From the human T2T-CHM13v2.0 reference genome, Homo sapiens, in the NCBI RefSeq assembly GCF_009914755.1, contig NC_060925.1: a stretch of DNA of 64,000 nt; one strand, written 5' to 3'. A program made the translations under genes and the position numbers. The notes under the pieces are model-generated. The model was given only the letters and a program-made list of their open reading frames with translations, had not been told where the DNA came from and did not search any database. Below are positions 26,474 through 39,145 of this stretch, piece after piece. The stretch's first letter is position 1, and each line of letters starts with the position of its first letter.

Positions 26474-27339
26474 TTAAGTTTTGACAGCAATAAAATTCAT
26501 TTTTATACTAAAATATAGATGAATAAATAGGTAACTTCTGTTTATAATAAGGTAAACCTCTTGTGTGCTTTGAAAAGCTTTGAGAAAAAAGTCAATCATG
26601 GAATGGTTCGAGAAAAATATTTAAAAAGATGCAATATATATTTAAACTTACATAAATTTGAGTACCAGAACAAATCATCTTACCTTTATAAATTGATGGA
26701 AATGACATTATTTGGATGGGCTTTAAAGCACTTGAATTTATAAATATTTGGTGAGAATGCCTAATCACATTTATGTTTCCCTTGTTTAAAAGAATGATCA
26801 CATGCTGGCAAAGGCTAAATATGGTCTGGTTACCTGATTTAGCATACAAATATTTGCCTGGGAGCAAGCCGTGTAACCATGCTTCATTATAACTGGTAAT
26901 TGGGTAGCTGGCAAAGGATAGATAACTCTGTGAGAAAAGGAAACACAAAAAGGAGTTCAGGCTGTTTATCCCAATCCCAAGATGCACATTCATAGGGAAA
27001 TTGTGTACTTTATAACTACACTGGTAAGTTAAGGATTAATTTATTTGAACAAATATTTATTGAGCACCTACTATGTCACTGGGCTAGTTGCTAGAACAAC
27101 AAAATTGAATACAAGGCACAGTTTCCCTAAAGAATTGATCTTATAGTTTAGTGACTTTAGTGTTGAAAACTGATACACAAGCAGCACATTTCATTATAAG
27201 ATTTTAAGTGCTATGATAAAGATATGTTCAAGATGTTTTTCTGCTGATTAAGAAGTCCCTGAGACAATGCCAGTCCTGAGGCTAAGATACTTTAATACAC
27301 AAATCACTTTGTGTGATGATGTTTTTCTTTTGTCATCAG

Positions 27340-27420
27340 AAACTCCTGTAGAATGATTTAAGCTCTATGCCTTGTATATAAAGCTGCTCCTACAACTTGC
27401 TTATAAACTTGATTCTGAAA
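27340..27420 (+). pseudogene. Candidate relic exon, 81 nt
   Basis: TTTTCTTTTGTCATCAG acceptor, AAA|GTACGT donor; TPVE*FKLYALYIKLLLQLAYKLDSE. Confidence 0.4.
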
Positions 27421-27520
27421 GTACGTATATGTAGTATGCGTCAAATGTAAATACACAATAGGGATTTAGTTAGAGTTATTTGTTTTAAAATGTCTTTTCA
27501 TCTTTTAAATGTTGCAGCAG

Positions 27521-27675
27521 ATCAATTATGAAAGCACTGCTCAGTATTGATATGGCAGGTTACATGGCCTGTGTTTGTTTGACTGCTCCCAGTAAATCAC
27601 ATTCTTACTCAGTTGGCAGTCTGAGAAGGGGAAGCCCAAGGATATCTCTGGTATTTTGACAAGTAGACTTTGCAA
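27521..27675 (+). pseudogene. Relic block with a degenerate AAA2 Walker A
   Basis: GTTGCAGCAG acceptor; YESTAQY*YGRLHGLCLF..FLLSWQSEKGKPKDISGILTSRL vs [29 protein letters not shown] (recalled). Confidence 0.45.
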
Positions 27676-27989
27676 TACACAGGAGGAACTGCTATTCCTC
27701 TGCTGGTGAAGAGAGGACAGCCCAGCTCCTTCTTAAATATGTATTTGTCTGGAGTATGAAAACCAAAGTCTTTTTTCTCTTCCTTGACTAGCCATCTTTC
27801 CCTTTCCTAACAAGTTCTCTGGAGGATTGAGAGACAATCTTCTGCAAGCAATTTTTATTTGCATTTGTCGTAATTAATATAGTTAAAAGATATGCATTCT
27901 TTCAAATTCATATATTTATTGAATTGTGTGTCTTTTGCTCACTTTTATCTTTTGGAGCTTTAATATTTTTCTGTTTGTACAAAACGTAA

Positions 27990-28465
27990 CACTTTTATAA
28001 CTTGATTGGAGTAGATTTTACATGTCATATTATGTGAATACTCAATGATTTTTTAGTGAATTTACCAAGTTGTGCAAAATACTGGAAGTCAGTTTCAGAA
28101 CATTTTCAGCACCCCATTAAGATCATTAATGTCCACTAACTGTTAATCTTCACCTTGCCATCTGTCCCCCATCTCGTCACCATAGAAAACCATTAATCTA
28201 CTCTGTGTCTATAGATTTGCCTTTTCAGAATATTTTCTATAAATTAGAATCATGAAATATGTGGTGTTTTTTATCTGGCTTCTTGTACTTAGCATGTATC
28301 AGTAGTTCATTCTTTTTATCACTGAATAGTAATACATTATAATGGTATTCCATTGATATGTATATCAATTCACCAGTTGATGGGCATTTAAGTTGTTTTC
28401 AATTTTTGGTTTAAGAAAAATGCTGCTAAGAACATTCACATGCAAGTCTTTGTGTGGTTATGTAA
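27990..28465 (-). mobile_element. L1ME-type fragment
   Basis: TGTGTCTATAGATTTGCCTTTTCAGAATATTT...TGATGGGCATTTAAGTTGTTTTC. Confidence 0.7.
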
Positions 28466-29439
28466 GATTTAACATTTTTTGACATCATATTGTTGTCATC
28501 AGTTTAATATCATTTGAAATCAAAATCAAGTATGTTTTTTCTATTTATATGATTATTGTGAAGATAAAATGCAATATATGAAATTGAATTACTCTTTCTT
28601 TATCCACTTTTAAAGCTCTCCCTTGAGATTAATTATAAGTTAAAATGTAAAAACTTGTTTTTGATTGTTTATATTTTTCTTACTCATAATTTTCATTATT
28701 GTACTCTTACTCTGTCTTCTAGGAAATTTTCTATGTTGTCTTTTCTATAAATGTTTCTACTTTTTATACCAAAAATCTTGTCCCTTACTGTCTTAAATAT
28801 CTCACTAATTTATTAACAAGTCAATTTTGTTTTCCTAATAATTTTGCTTTATTTTACATATTTTAATTTTATTTGATCCAGATCCTTTTAATAATTCTAC
28901 TTTCAGTTCATCCTGCCCTCTCTTTATGGCTCTCAGTTTCTTTTATTTTCCATCTTATTCATCTTTGAAAGTAAATATTGTCTCAGGTTTTAATCTTTTT
29001 AAAATTATTTATGCTTTCTGATTTAACACCCTAGCCCATCACTTACTCAGCTACTCAATACCTAAGTTTTCTTGTACATAAAATTTAAAAAAAAGTACCA
29101 AATTGGTTCATAGTCAAGAATAATGACAAATCAGTTTCCTAGTAGATGGATAGATAAGTAGAATAAAACCTAGTACCCAAGAAATACACAAAGAAATATA
29201 ATCTAACTAAATGTTGAGGGAGTCATCCTGAGCTTAAAATAACGAATAGTAAAAGAATGATTTAACATCACCCAGAATTTTAGATCTTACTAAAAAGGAA
29301 ATTAATTATTTGAATACCTGAAGTATATCTGGGCTACATTAGGCTTCATAAATGTTTTAAGTTATTTAATCTGATTTAATAGTAACATGATTTACCTGAA
29401 TGCAGTTCTTTCTCTCTTACCAACAGAAGTGAGGTTCAG

Positions 29440-29835
<396 letters not shown>

Positions 29836-29889
29836 TTATATCGGGCTGTGTAGTTCATTGTACAAGCCCTTAGACAGCATATATAAGTA

Positions 29890-30362
29890 AGAGCTGACTG
29901 TGGCCAATGGCTGGGTATATACTTGATCCTTGTTTACTAGCAGAAGCTCTCTGTTACCTCAGATAATGGGCTGATTCATGGAATGCACTGTGCTCTGGGC
30001 TCGCTGCTTAGTTGTGGTGTTGGAGGACAAGGGAGTCAGGAAGGGCAGGTCTGACCGAAGGTCCTCTGTGGCAGGCACAAACACCAGTGCCAAGGGAGAA
30101 TCCAGTGGGTGGTCACCAAACACCTAGAGCTTCCTCGGTTCTAAATTATCTGCTTAGGGATGGAGGGGAGCCTAAGCTCCTAATCTAGGAGAGTGGGTGC
30201 TCCAGATGCCTCGAGATCTGCTGGGATGTGGAGCAGAGAGGGTTCCCTTGCTCAAAGATCTCCACACAGGACAGGTTGGGTGACTCAGGCTGTTGCACCA
30301 GGCAAGTAGGTGCTCCCAAAGCCTGGAGATTTGCCTGGACCTAGAGCAGAGAGAGTCCCACA
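29890..30362 (-). mobile_element. Old L1P 5'-region fragment (antisense)
   Basis: GC-richer segment resembling antisense L1PA13-16/L1PB 5' sequence; abuts a sense L1 3' end. Confidence 0.4.
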
Positions 30363-30365
30363 ATG

Positions 30366-31445
30366 ACAGCAAAAAATTGACAAGCGGAGCAAAATTAAAC
30401 AAGAGCTTCTGCATAGCAAAAAAAAAAAAAAAAAAAAAAAAAATCTATCAACATAGTAATAGACAACCTATGGAATAAGATAAAATATTAACAAGCTATG
30501 CATCTGACACAGGTCTAATATTCAGAATCTATAAGGAAATTAATCACACAAGCAAAAAACAAATAACCCCATTAAATATCCCCACAAATAACCCATTTAA
30601 AAAATGGGCAAGAGGCATGAACAGACACTTCTCAATAGAAGATATACAAGTGAGAAACAAACATGAGAAAATGCTCATCATCACTAACCATCAGACAAAT
30701 ACCAGTTAAAACCACAGTGAGATATTATCTCATACCAGTCCAAATGGCCATTATTAAAAAGTCATAAAACAACAGAAGCTGAAGCTGGAAAGGCTGCTGA
30801 GAAAATGGAATGCTTATATACTTTTGGGAATGTAAATTAATTCAGCTACTGTGGAAAGCAGTTTGGAGATTTATCAAAGAACTTAGAACTACCATTCGAC
30901 CCAGAAATCCCATTACTGGGTATATATACAAAAGAAAACAAATTGTTCTATCAAAAAGACACATTTACTTGCATGTTCATCTTAGTGCTATTCACAATAG
31001 CAAAGACGTAAAATCAACCAAGATGCCCATCTATAGTAGAGTAAATAAAGAAAATGTGGTACATATACACAAAAGGATAGTGCACAGTCAACCAAAAGAA
31101 TCAAATAATGTCCTTTGCAGCAACATAGACATAGCTGGAGGCCATTATCCTTAGTAGATTAATGGAGGAACAGAAAACCAAATACCACATGTTCTCACTT
31201 ATAATTGGGAGCTAAACACTGGGTACTAATGGACATAAAGGTGGCAGCAATAGACACTAGGGACTACTAGAGGAGAGAGGTGGGAAGGGGGTAAAGGGGT
31301 GAAAAAACTCCTGAGCACTATGCTTAGTACTTGGGTGATGGGGTCATTTAGACCCAAAACCTCTGCATCAGGAAATATATACCTAGGTAACAATACAGGA
31401 CATGTACTACCTGAATCTAAAATAAAAATTGAATAAAAAAGAAAG
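30366..31445 (+). mobile_element. L1PA15/16-like 3' end (ORF2 C-terminus and 3'UTR)
   Basis: AAGAGCTTCTGCATAGCAAA...ATGTTCTCACTTATAATTGGGAGCTAAAC...CTGAATCTAAAATAAAA A-rich end. Confidence 0.88.
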
Positions 31446-32662
31446 ATTAAGAAATTTTCTGAAACTCACACGGCTATGAGAATTTATGTGTGGAACTGAA
31501 TTATAACAAATTTGTTATAAATAAAAAGTATGTTCTTTTTACTATACTACATGCACAGTGATTATGATAAATGTTGTTAAAACTTTAATCAGCTCACATA
31601 ATCTTGGGGTTTTAATTTACTATTTCTTAAATTGTCTCTGGGAGAAAATAGATATTGTGAGCTCCATTATGCCCTAAAAATGTGTAGAGCTATCTACATG
31701 TCCTTGCCATATGCTATTTCATGGATGCCATCCCAAAGCCTTTCTACTGCAAGCTCCACTGACTCATTCATTGCCTGAGAACTTTCTCTGTCTCAAAGGT
31801 TCTTACACAATTTAAAATTCCAAGGAATTAACTTCTTTGGGAGCATCCTTCAACTACTGAAGTTCTTGTGCTTCAGTGTGAAAACAGTGAAGGGTGCTCT
31901 TTAAAATCTCTCGAGATCCCTGGGTGCTTGAGCCCTAGATAAACACAGTAATAAATTATTCATAAACACTAATTAACATTCCATTTTATTGGCATTTTAT
32001 CCTTCTTTGTTGCACTTTTCCTCTGCTCCATCGGTGCTTCCTGGGATCAGATCCTCTCCCAAAAAAACTATGTGTATTCACGTCCATGTCTCAACATCAG
32101 CTTCTGAGGGAATGCAACTTAAAACAAAGGGATCCATTGTGAAAATATAAATTGTTTCAAAATTTATACAATTTATATCAATTCCTGGATGATATATGAA
32201 GGATTATTAAGGTAATTTAATTATCTTTGATATTTAATATTTTATATTTGTATTGAATTAAGAATTGATTTGTGAGAAGAAAAATGACAATATTTCCTTG
32301 TTTTTGATTTCATTTTCTTTTAATTGGACCATATGCAGCCATATAAAACTAATTATTCTTTCAATTATTGAAGCATTTAATTTCTAGTAACCAAATATGT
32401 AAATAATTAGGTATAGTTTTCAGTATACTGAATATTTCACATTAATCTAAATATCTGTTATAATAAATACCTAGTCTATTAATACTCATTCCCTTTGATA
32501 AATATCATTAGAAAAAATTTGCTGTAGAACATTATATTTGAATATATTTAACAGTGATGTTAGCATTATTATTATAATTTTATTGCCAGTTATTAAAATA
32601 TGTCCATGTGTTTAAACTAAGCATATGTTTTTCTATTATGAATATCTTTCCTTTTCTTATAG

Positions 32663-32830
32663 AAATGATAAAGAATCCCTTGGATATCAGATCTCATACA
32701 TTTAAATATGTAAAGATTACAATTTGATTCCAGGAGTTGGAGTTAAACATTTGTCTAATTGTGTTTTTACATATTTTTGGAGAAAATCACTCTGATCATC
32801 CTGAGATTGTTAGAAATATAGAAATTATAA
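32663..32830 (+). pseudogene. Relic exon (AAA2, W-x-DG-x-F-xxx-WRK region)
   Basis: TTCTTATAG acceptor; SNCVFTYFWRKSL* (32754-32795) vs DNAH5 TDGIFSTLWRKTLR (recalled), with TGA where CGA/Arg is expected. Confidence 0.6.
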
Positions 32831-32929
32831 GTAGATACCAGACATAAAAACTGAATAAACTAGAACTGCATGCTTTACTGTTTGTTCTTAGAAGTGTTTC
32901 ATTTCTGCTGCTGTGGTTATCTTTTTCAG

Positions 32930-33076
32930 AGGTTGCTCAAATTCCATGAGGACTTCTTTTGGATAGCTTACCACAAAGATTACATTCTCTTTGGAGTTCA
33001 GATACCATACATCAAAACACTGGAGCTTTTGCAAGTTTTCTCTCAACAGGGGAAATATATCCCCTGCAAACTAAAG
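32930..33076 (+). pseudogene. Relic exon (AAA2 Walker B / LxLxxGE region)
   Basis: CTTTTTCAG acceptor; LLLDSLPQRLHSLWSSDTIHQNTGAFASFLSTGEIYPL vs dynein [28 protein letters not shown][DE]xIxM. Confidence 0.55.
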
Positions 33077-34395
33077 GCAAAGTCAAAAGAGCAGTAAACA
33101 ACTTTCTAACTTTCTTCTCTTGGCTTCCTTCATTAAAAAATATAACTACACTATGCTCTCCTTATAGTATGCTTCATTATTCACACTAAATCAATGACAA
33201 GAATGTTGTTAAGTATGTAATTACAATAGGCACATTCTTATATTTGCTTGCTTCTTCTTGGTTTATGGCTTGCTTAAATATAAGCAAGAAATAATCTTGT
33301 TTTTGAAACAAATATTTTCTAAGTTTAATTATTGCATGTTTCAAAGTAGACAAATATCAGCCTTTCTGGAATAATATAATGGAAGGATATAAACAAAAGC
33401 AAATCACATGTTTACTTTAGCTAATTGTGCTGTATCCTCTTATATTTTACCCTCTCTTGAAAATAGGGAACATTCAAGTTCTAGAATTGATTTATAACCA
33501 TGAATGATTATAACAAGTGACTGTCCTCCCCTTGAGTTTTATTGCACATACCCAGTTTGAAAGACTTACAGTGATGTTTCCCAGTATAACTGTATTTTAT
33601 CAAGTTCTTTGATTTCCAGTTATGATCTTGGTTTTTTATCTAATTTTTAATTTTATTATATAAATTTATAACTCATATTTCCATAATAAGCATGCCTGCT
33701 TATTTCCCAATGTCCTTTATCCTGTTAATTGCTTTTAATCTTAAATTCCACCTTGTCTTATATTAATACCACTATACTTGCTTGTCGTTTGTTTGCATAC
33801 ACCTGTTATCTCTTTGTTCATCTTTTAATTTTAACCTTTAATTCTTACCATGTTTAGGGTGTCTTTATTGTAAAGATCCTTTAGAATTTTTTTTAACCTT
33901 AAACTGATTTCTGTGTTTTAGTTGAAGAATTTAATCCACTAACATTATATGTAATTAATGATATACTAAATTTTTATTTTACTTCATATTTATTACTTAT
34001 TTTATCGTTTTCTTTTTATCACTTCATTCATGTTTGCTTCTGTGTTCAAAGTCTTCTTCATTACTCTTTCTTTTCCTTGGTAGATGGAAATACTGTACAT
34101 TTCCATTTATTAACACTTATACTCACTTTTCCTGATGTCATAATCAAGCACTATGCCCCAAATGTTTTCCCATGACAGATGCTCAAATTCCCCCAAATAC
34201 AAATAAGATGGAGCTTTCCAGTATTCTAATTTCCAGTACTCTCATTCCCCATTCTCTTTCTTCATTTCGAAGATACCATAGTAATTTATTTCTTCCCTTC
34301 CTTTCTTCGCTTTCTCACTCTCATTGTTTTGCTTTTGTGAAGATAGTCTAGCACTAATTCCTCTTAACGATAGATCCCTTCTATTTTAAAAGTTC

Positions 34396-34462
34396 TTCTT
34401 TAGCTTTTCTACTTCTCATTTCTATGCATTTCTTTAGCTTTTCTACTTCTCATTTCTATGCA
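34396..34462. repeat. 34-bp tandem duplication
   Basis: TTCTTTAGCTTTTCTACTTCTCATTTCTATGCA x2. Confidence 0.9.
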
Positions 34463-35004
34463 GTCTTTATTTGTCCATAAGCATATCTCACAAGGTTTAT
34501 TGCTCACTTCTTTCCTCTAGTTATTTCCTCATCTTAAAATCCACATTATTTTTCATTTGATGTTTGCTTAGAATCTTTTTTCAGATGTTTGTTTCAAGTT
34601 TGGAGTATGATGACAATATATACTCTAGGAATTCTTTCCTGGCTTCAAATATTTTTCTTTTTCTCTGGCAGATAAATAACATATTTGGGTTGAAATCTTT
34701 CCCTGCCAGTAATATATCAATACTGTTCAACTGTTTTCTAGCTTCCAGTGCTGCAAAAGGAGATGCACTTTGCCAGTCTGAATATATATGTATGTATATA
34801 TATATACATATATATATATTTCCTAGGTAAAAATTTTGTTTTCTCTCTAGAAGCTCATGATATTTCCTTTCAACCTAACACATGTTATTATGATTTTCAT
34901 TATTGTGTATCTAGCCTAGAACTTAGGAAGATTTTTGATCTACAAACTGACGTATCTTTGATCAATTTTTATTTCTATTATTTGTTTAACTATTGCCTCA
35001 CCAT

Positions 35005-35430
35005 TTATTATTATTATTATTATTATTATTATACTTTAAGTTTTAGGGTACATGTGTACAATGTGCAGGTTTGTTACGTATGTATACATGTGCCATGTTG
35101 GTGTGCTGCACCCATTAACTCGTCATTTAGCATTAGGTATATCTCCTAATGCTATCCCTCCCGCCTCCCCCAACCCCACAACAGGCCCCACTGTGTGATG
35201 TTCCCCTTCCTGTGTCCATGTGTTCTCATTGTTCAATTCCCACCTATGAGTGAGAACATGTGGTGTTTGGTTTTTTGTCCTTGTGATAGTTTGCTGAGAA
35301 TGATGGTTTCCAGCTTCATCCATGTCCCTACAAAGGACATGAACTCACCATTTTTTATGGCTGCATAGTATTCCATGGTGTATATGTGCCACATTTTCTT
35401 AATCCAGAAAATGTGGCACATATACGCCAT
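35005..35430 (-). mobile_element. 5'-truncated young L1PA (L1PA3-5-like) 3' end with a fold-back at the truncation point
   Basis: (TTA)n tail then TACTTTAAGTTTTAGGGTACATGTG...; 25-bp inverted copy at 35406-35430; CCATTT flanks both ends. Confidence 0.92.
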
Positions 35431-35563
35431 TTTTACTAGCACATTTTTTTTTCATTTCTGCTACTTCTGAAACTTTTATAGTTCATGTTTTAGCGCTCCT
35501 GAATCTATACTCCAGTCCAGTCTCTTGATTTTTGTATTACGATTTCTGTATTTTTGCACTGTG

Positions 35564-36463
35564 TTTTTCTTTTCTTTTCTGCTTCAAAAAACTTTATTTC
35601 CACTTGTTCCGAGGATTGGGAGAATGCTCCAGGGTAGTTCAAAAAGCTGCCTAGTGGCTGCAGGGGGGCTTAGGCGGAAGCCCTGTTGCTCTACGAGGGG
35701 CCCTTCAGAAGTCGCTGGGGGCAGTAGGCTCCTAGTCGTGCTTGAGAGTGAGCCTTTTGAAGACATATTCACCCGGCCTAGCCTCTGGGCTAGCCAGCCT
35801 ATGAAGATTGGTCAGGTGGTCACTCATCTTCTTGAGGAGTTTCTCTTCCTCATCTAGGAAGTGACTCTCCAGGGAGCAAGAGAGATGGGATTATGTGTGA
35901 GTAGAACTGAGGGTATGAAGATCCGAAAGGGCCTGATTTAGTTTTTTCTCCAGGCTATGGTGGCTTCCGTCGCGTCCAGGGTTTTATCCGTACTCATCTT
36001 GAGCCGGCATCTGGATGTCATGGAAGAGAGCGCAGCTGCCGTGTTGGCTTTGCATTTTCAGGAAACGCTCTGTGCCCTGGCGCTTCTCCTCAGCCAATTC
36101 GCCAAAGTGACCCATGCCTTCCAGAGACACATTATCACGGTGGGAATAGAAGCCCAGACAGAGGCAGATGTAGGAGGCCCGCAGGTGCAAATTGACCAGG
36201 CGGTTGATGGTAGCCTCACCCTCCGTGGAATAATTTTGATGAATCTGGGAGCTCATGGTTGGTTGGCAAGAAGGAGCTAACCACAAAAACGGTGTTGGCT
36301 GGTCCCAGAAGCAGAAGATGGCCAAGAAGATGGTCCCGGAGATTGCAAGTGGAGAGGAGATCCCAAGGTGGTCAGAGGCTGGAAGAAAGAGAGTCCCTGG
36401 ATCAGTTCCGTCCAAACACTGTTGAAGCAAGACACAGATCTCTGGGCCCTCTGAATGGGCTGC
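35564..36463 (-). pseudogene. FTL: Ferritin light chain processed pseudogene (FTL-derived; specific FTLP number not determined)
   Basis: Intronless [29 protein letters not shown]..., ATG at 36256, original stop 35732-35734, frameshift/premature TAA at 35984-35986, full 5'UTR with IRE, AATAAA (35593-35598, minus) and an A-rich tail remnant. Confidence 0.96.
36403..36437 (-). promoter_or_regulatory. Iron-responsive element (ferritin L type)
   Basis: Minus strand CTGTGTCTTGCTTCAACAGTGTTTGGACGGAACTG: UGC bulge, 5-bp upper stem and CAGUGU loop (36416-36421) intact. Confidence 0.9.
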
Positions 36464-36476
36464 CAATGTATTTCTT

Positions 36477-36743
36477 TCTTTTTTGAGACAGAGTCTCGCT
36501 CTGTCACCCAGGCTGGAGTGCAGTGACTTCCGCATCCCGGGTTCAAGCAATTCTTTCTCAGCCTCCCGAGTAGCTGGGATTACTGGTGCACGCCACCAGG
36601 CCCAGCTAATTTTGTATTTTTAATAGAGACGGGGTTTCACCATGTTTGCCAGGCTGGTCTCAAACTCCTGACCTCAGGTAATCCACCCGCCTCAGCCTCC
36701 CGAAGTGCTGGGATTACAAAGGCTTGAGTCACTGCGCCCGGTC
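36477..36743 (-). mobile_element. AluSx-type element with a short internal deletion in the right arm
   Basis: Alu sequence; TSD TATTTCTT at 36469-36476 and 36746-36753. Confidence 0.92.
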
Positions 36744-37803
36744 GATATTTCTTACCCTGGATCTTCTGGGTCACTAGTCTGTTTCACCAGTGACTATCCT
36801 CTCCTTAAGTTTATCTCTTAAGACTTTATGTGAAAAAAAAAATCATAGGTTTCTCAATCACCAAATATCTCATATGTGGGTGTGTATGTGTGATGTACTT
36901 CAATATCTTTAAACTCTTCTGGTAGCCACATTCTTTAGCACTTCTGCTTCTCTGAATGTGTTTTATTATTGTCCTGCCAACTCTTTTTTGATTTGGCTGC
37001 TGAGTCCCTTTGAAGAGCTATTACTTTTGTTATTGTTTTCACTTGTTTGTCTGAAGTCTAGTTGTTAGAGGTTAAAACAAGCAAACAAAACAATCCCATA
37101 AATGGATTTATGTTGTATAATATAAATAGTTTGTCAGTCATATGATAAAGCACTTGGGGAAAACCTTCAAATTCTTCAACCTCCTGAACTTACCAAGCCT
37201 CCAGAGCAGGAAAGGTCTGGCCACTTATTCTGCTTCCTCTTGACATTTTGGGGGACAATGACAGCAAGCCCACTTATGAGGAAGCTGATATCACCCTTTT
37301 CTTGGTGAATCCCCTAATCTCTGCCAAGATTTTCCACAATTCCAATATGCCCTATCCCTTACTCCTTGGTATTGACACTGCTCTCTGTGTTCTCAATACT
37401 TGGCCAGTCTCTGGGGAAGAAAGTTCAGTGCCACTTCTCCCTTTCACTGTATGTTGAAACCCCAACAGAGTTCCTGGCCTCGTTTGAAAAATGTCTACCT
37501 AAAAGATCCAGAAGTTGGTCCCGTGTGTCTTCAAAACTAACAGTTTAAAGCTTTAGTATTTTTGCCTCGATGCACGTATAATCAGAATAATTTTTATTAA
37601 CTGGATTCTACTGATAAAGTGATTTTCCACATGTGGTTTTAATGATCATATAGTTTCATATCCTTAGAAAAGAAATTTTAAAGCCACTAATAAAAGATGA
37701 ATGGATATGGAAAAAAGGGTCTGTTAATGGGTGAATGGATAAAGAAAATATGGTATATATACACAATAGAATCTTGTTCAGCCTTTTAAAAAAGGGAAAT
37801 CTT

Positions 37804-38098
37804 GGCCAGACACAGTGGCTCACACCTGAAATCTCACCACTTTGGGAGGCTGAGGCAGACAGATCTCTTGAGCCCATGACTTCAAGATCAACCTGGGTAA
37901 GGTGGTGAAACCCTGTCTCTACAAAACAGTACAAAAACTAGCCAGGCATGAAGGTATGGACCTGTAGTCCTAGCTACTGGGGATTGGGGGTTGGGGCTCA
38001 AGTGGAAGTTTGCTTAAGCACAGGAGGTTGAGGCTGCAGTGAGCTGAGATCATGTCATTGCACTCCAGACTGGGAAACAGAGAGACAGAAACCCTGTC

Positions 38099-38120
<22 letters not shown>
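37804..38120 (+). mobile_element. AluJ-type element
   Basis: 16-bp TSD AAAAAAGGGAAATCTT at 37788-37803 / 38121-38136. Confidence 0.95.
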
Positions 38121-38129
<9 letters not shown>

Positions 38130-38404
38130 AAATCTTTCTGCCATTTGCAAGCAACAACGTTAATGAACCTGGAGAACATTATACAAAGTGAAATAAGACA
38201 GACACAGAATGACAAATGTTGCATTGAACTTCTTGTATGTAGAATCTAAAAATTCAAACTCATCAAAGCAGAGAGAATGGTGGGTCATGGTGGAATGGGG
38301 CAATATTGGTCAGAAGGTACAAGCTCTCAGTTATAAGATGAGTAAGTTCTACTGTATTGTTTAATTGTAATTTGATAATAGAGCATATTTTAAGAGTTCT
38401 CACT

Positions 38405-38727
38405 GGGTGGGCATGGTGGCTCACACCTGTAATCCCAGCACTTTGGGAGGCTGAGACAGGCAGATCACTTGAGGTCAGGAGTTCAAGACCAGCCTGGCCA
38501 ACATGGTGAAACCCCATTTCTACTAAAAATACAAAAAATTAGCCAGGCCTGGTGATGCACACCTTTAGTCCCAGCTACTCAGGAGGCTGAGGCAGGAGAA
38601 TCACTTGAACCTGGGAGGCAGAGTTTGCAGTGACCCAAGATGGCACCACTGAACTCCAGCCTGGGCAACAGAGTGAGATTCCGGTAAAAAAAAAAAAAAA
38701 AAAAAAAAAAAGAAAAAGAAAAAAAAA
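38405..38727 (+). mobile_element. AluS-type element
   Basis: Full dimer with a long A tail. Confidence 0.95.
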
Positions 38728-39145
38728 TTCTCATCATAGGCATAAATACACAAAAAAATGTAACTATGGATATGTTCATTAATACAATGGTGGTAATCAT
38801 TATGCAATGTAAACATATATCGTGTTGTAGACCTTGAATATATATAATCTTTGTCAGTCAATTTTTTAATTAATAATAAGAAAAAAAATAAGATGGGTGC
38901 AAAGTACCCATGGTCAGGGCTGTTACTGCAAGTTGCACTCTCCCTCATAACATGTTCTAATAAGTATTGTAATAAAAGGTTTCAGAAGAACTCCTTAGTA
39001 GTTGGTATAAAGTTAAATATATCTACCCAAAAGAAGACGATGTGGCAATGGTAAATAAGAGGTCTTATCAGCACATTATTTGAATTATGAGATAGATCTG
39101 ATGTAAATAAAGAGTTACAAGTGCCCTCTTTTTTGTCTTACATAG

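Larger units (their letters stand above)
37715..38890 (+). mobile_element. L1MA/L1MB-type 3' end interrupted by two Alus
   Basis: GAATGGATAAAGAAAATATGGTATATATACACAAT...AACCTGGAGAACATTATACAAAGTGAAATAAG...A-rich end. Confidence 0.8.

Noticed and set aside
35984-36550. 188-aa Alu-ferritin fusion ORF
   Set aside because: Non-ATG start inside the Alu, reads through the 5'UTR and ends at a frameshift-derived stop; a pseudogene by-product.
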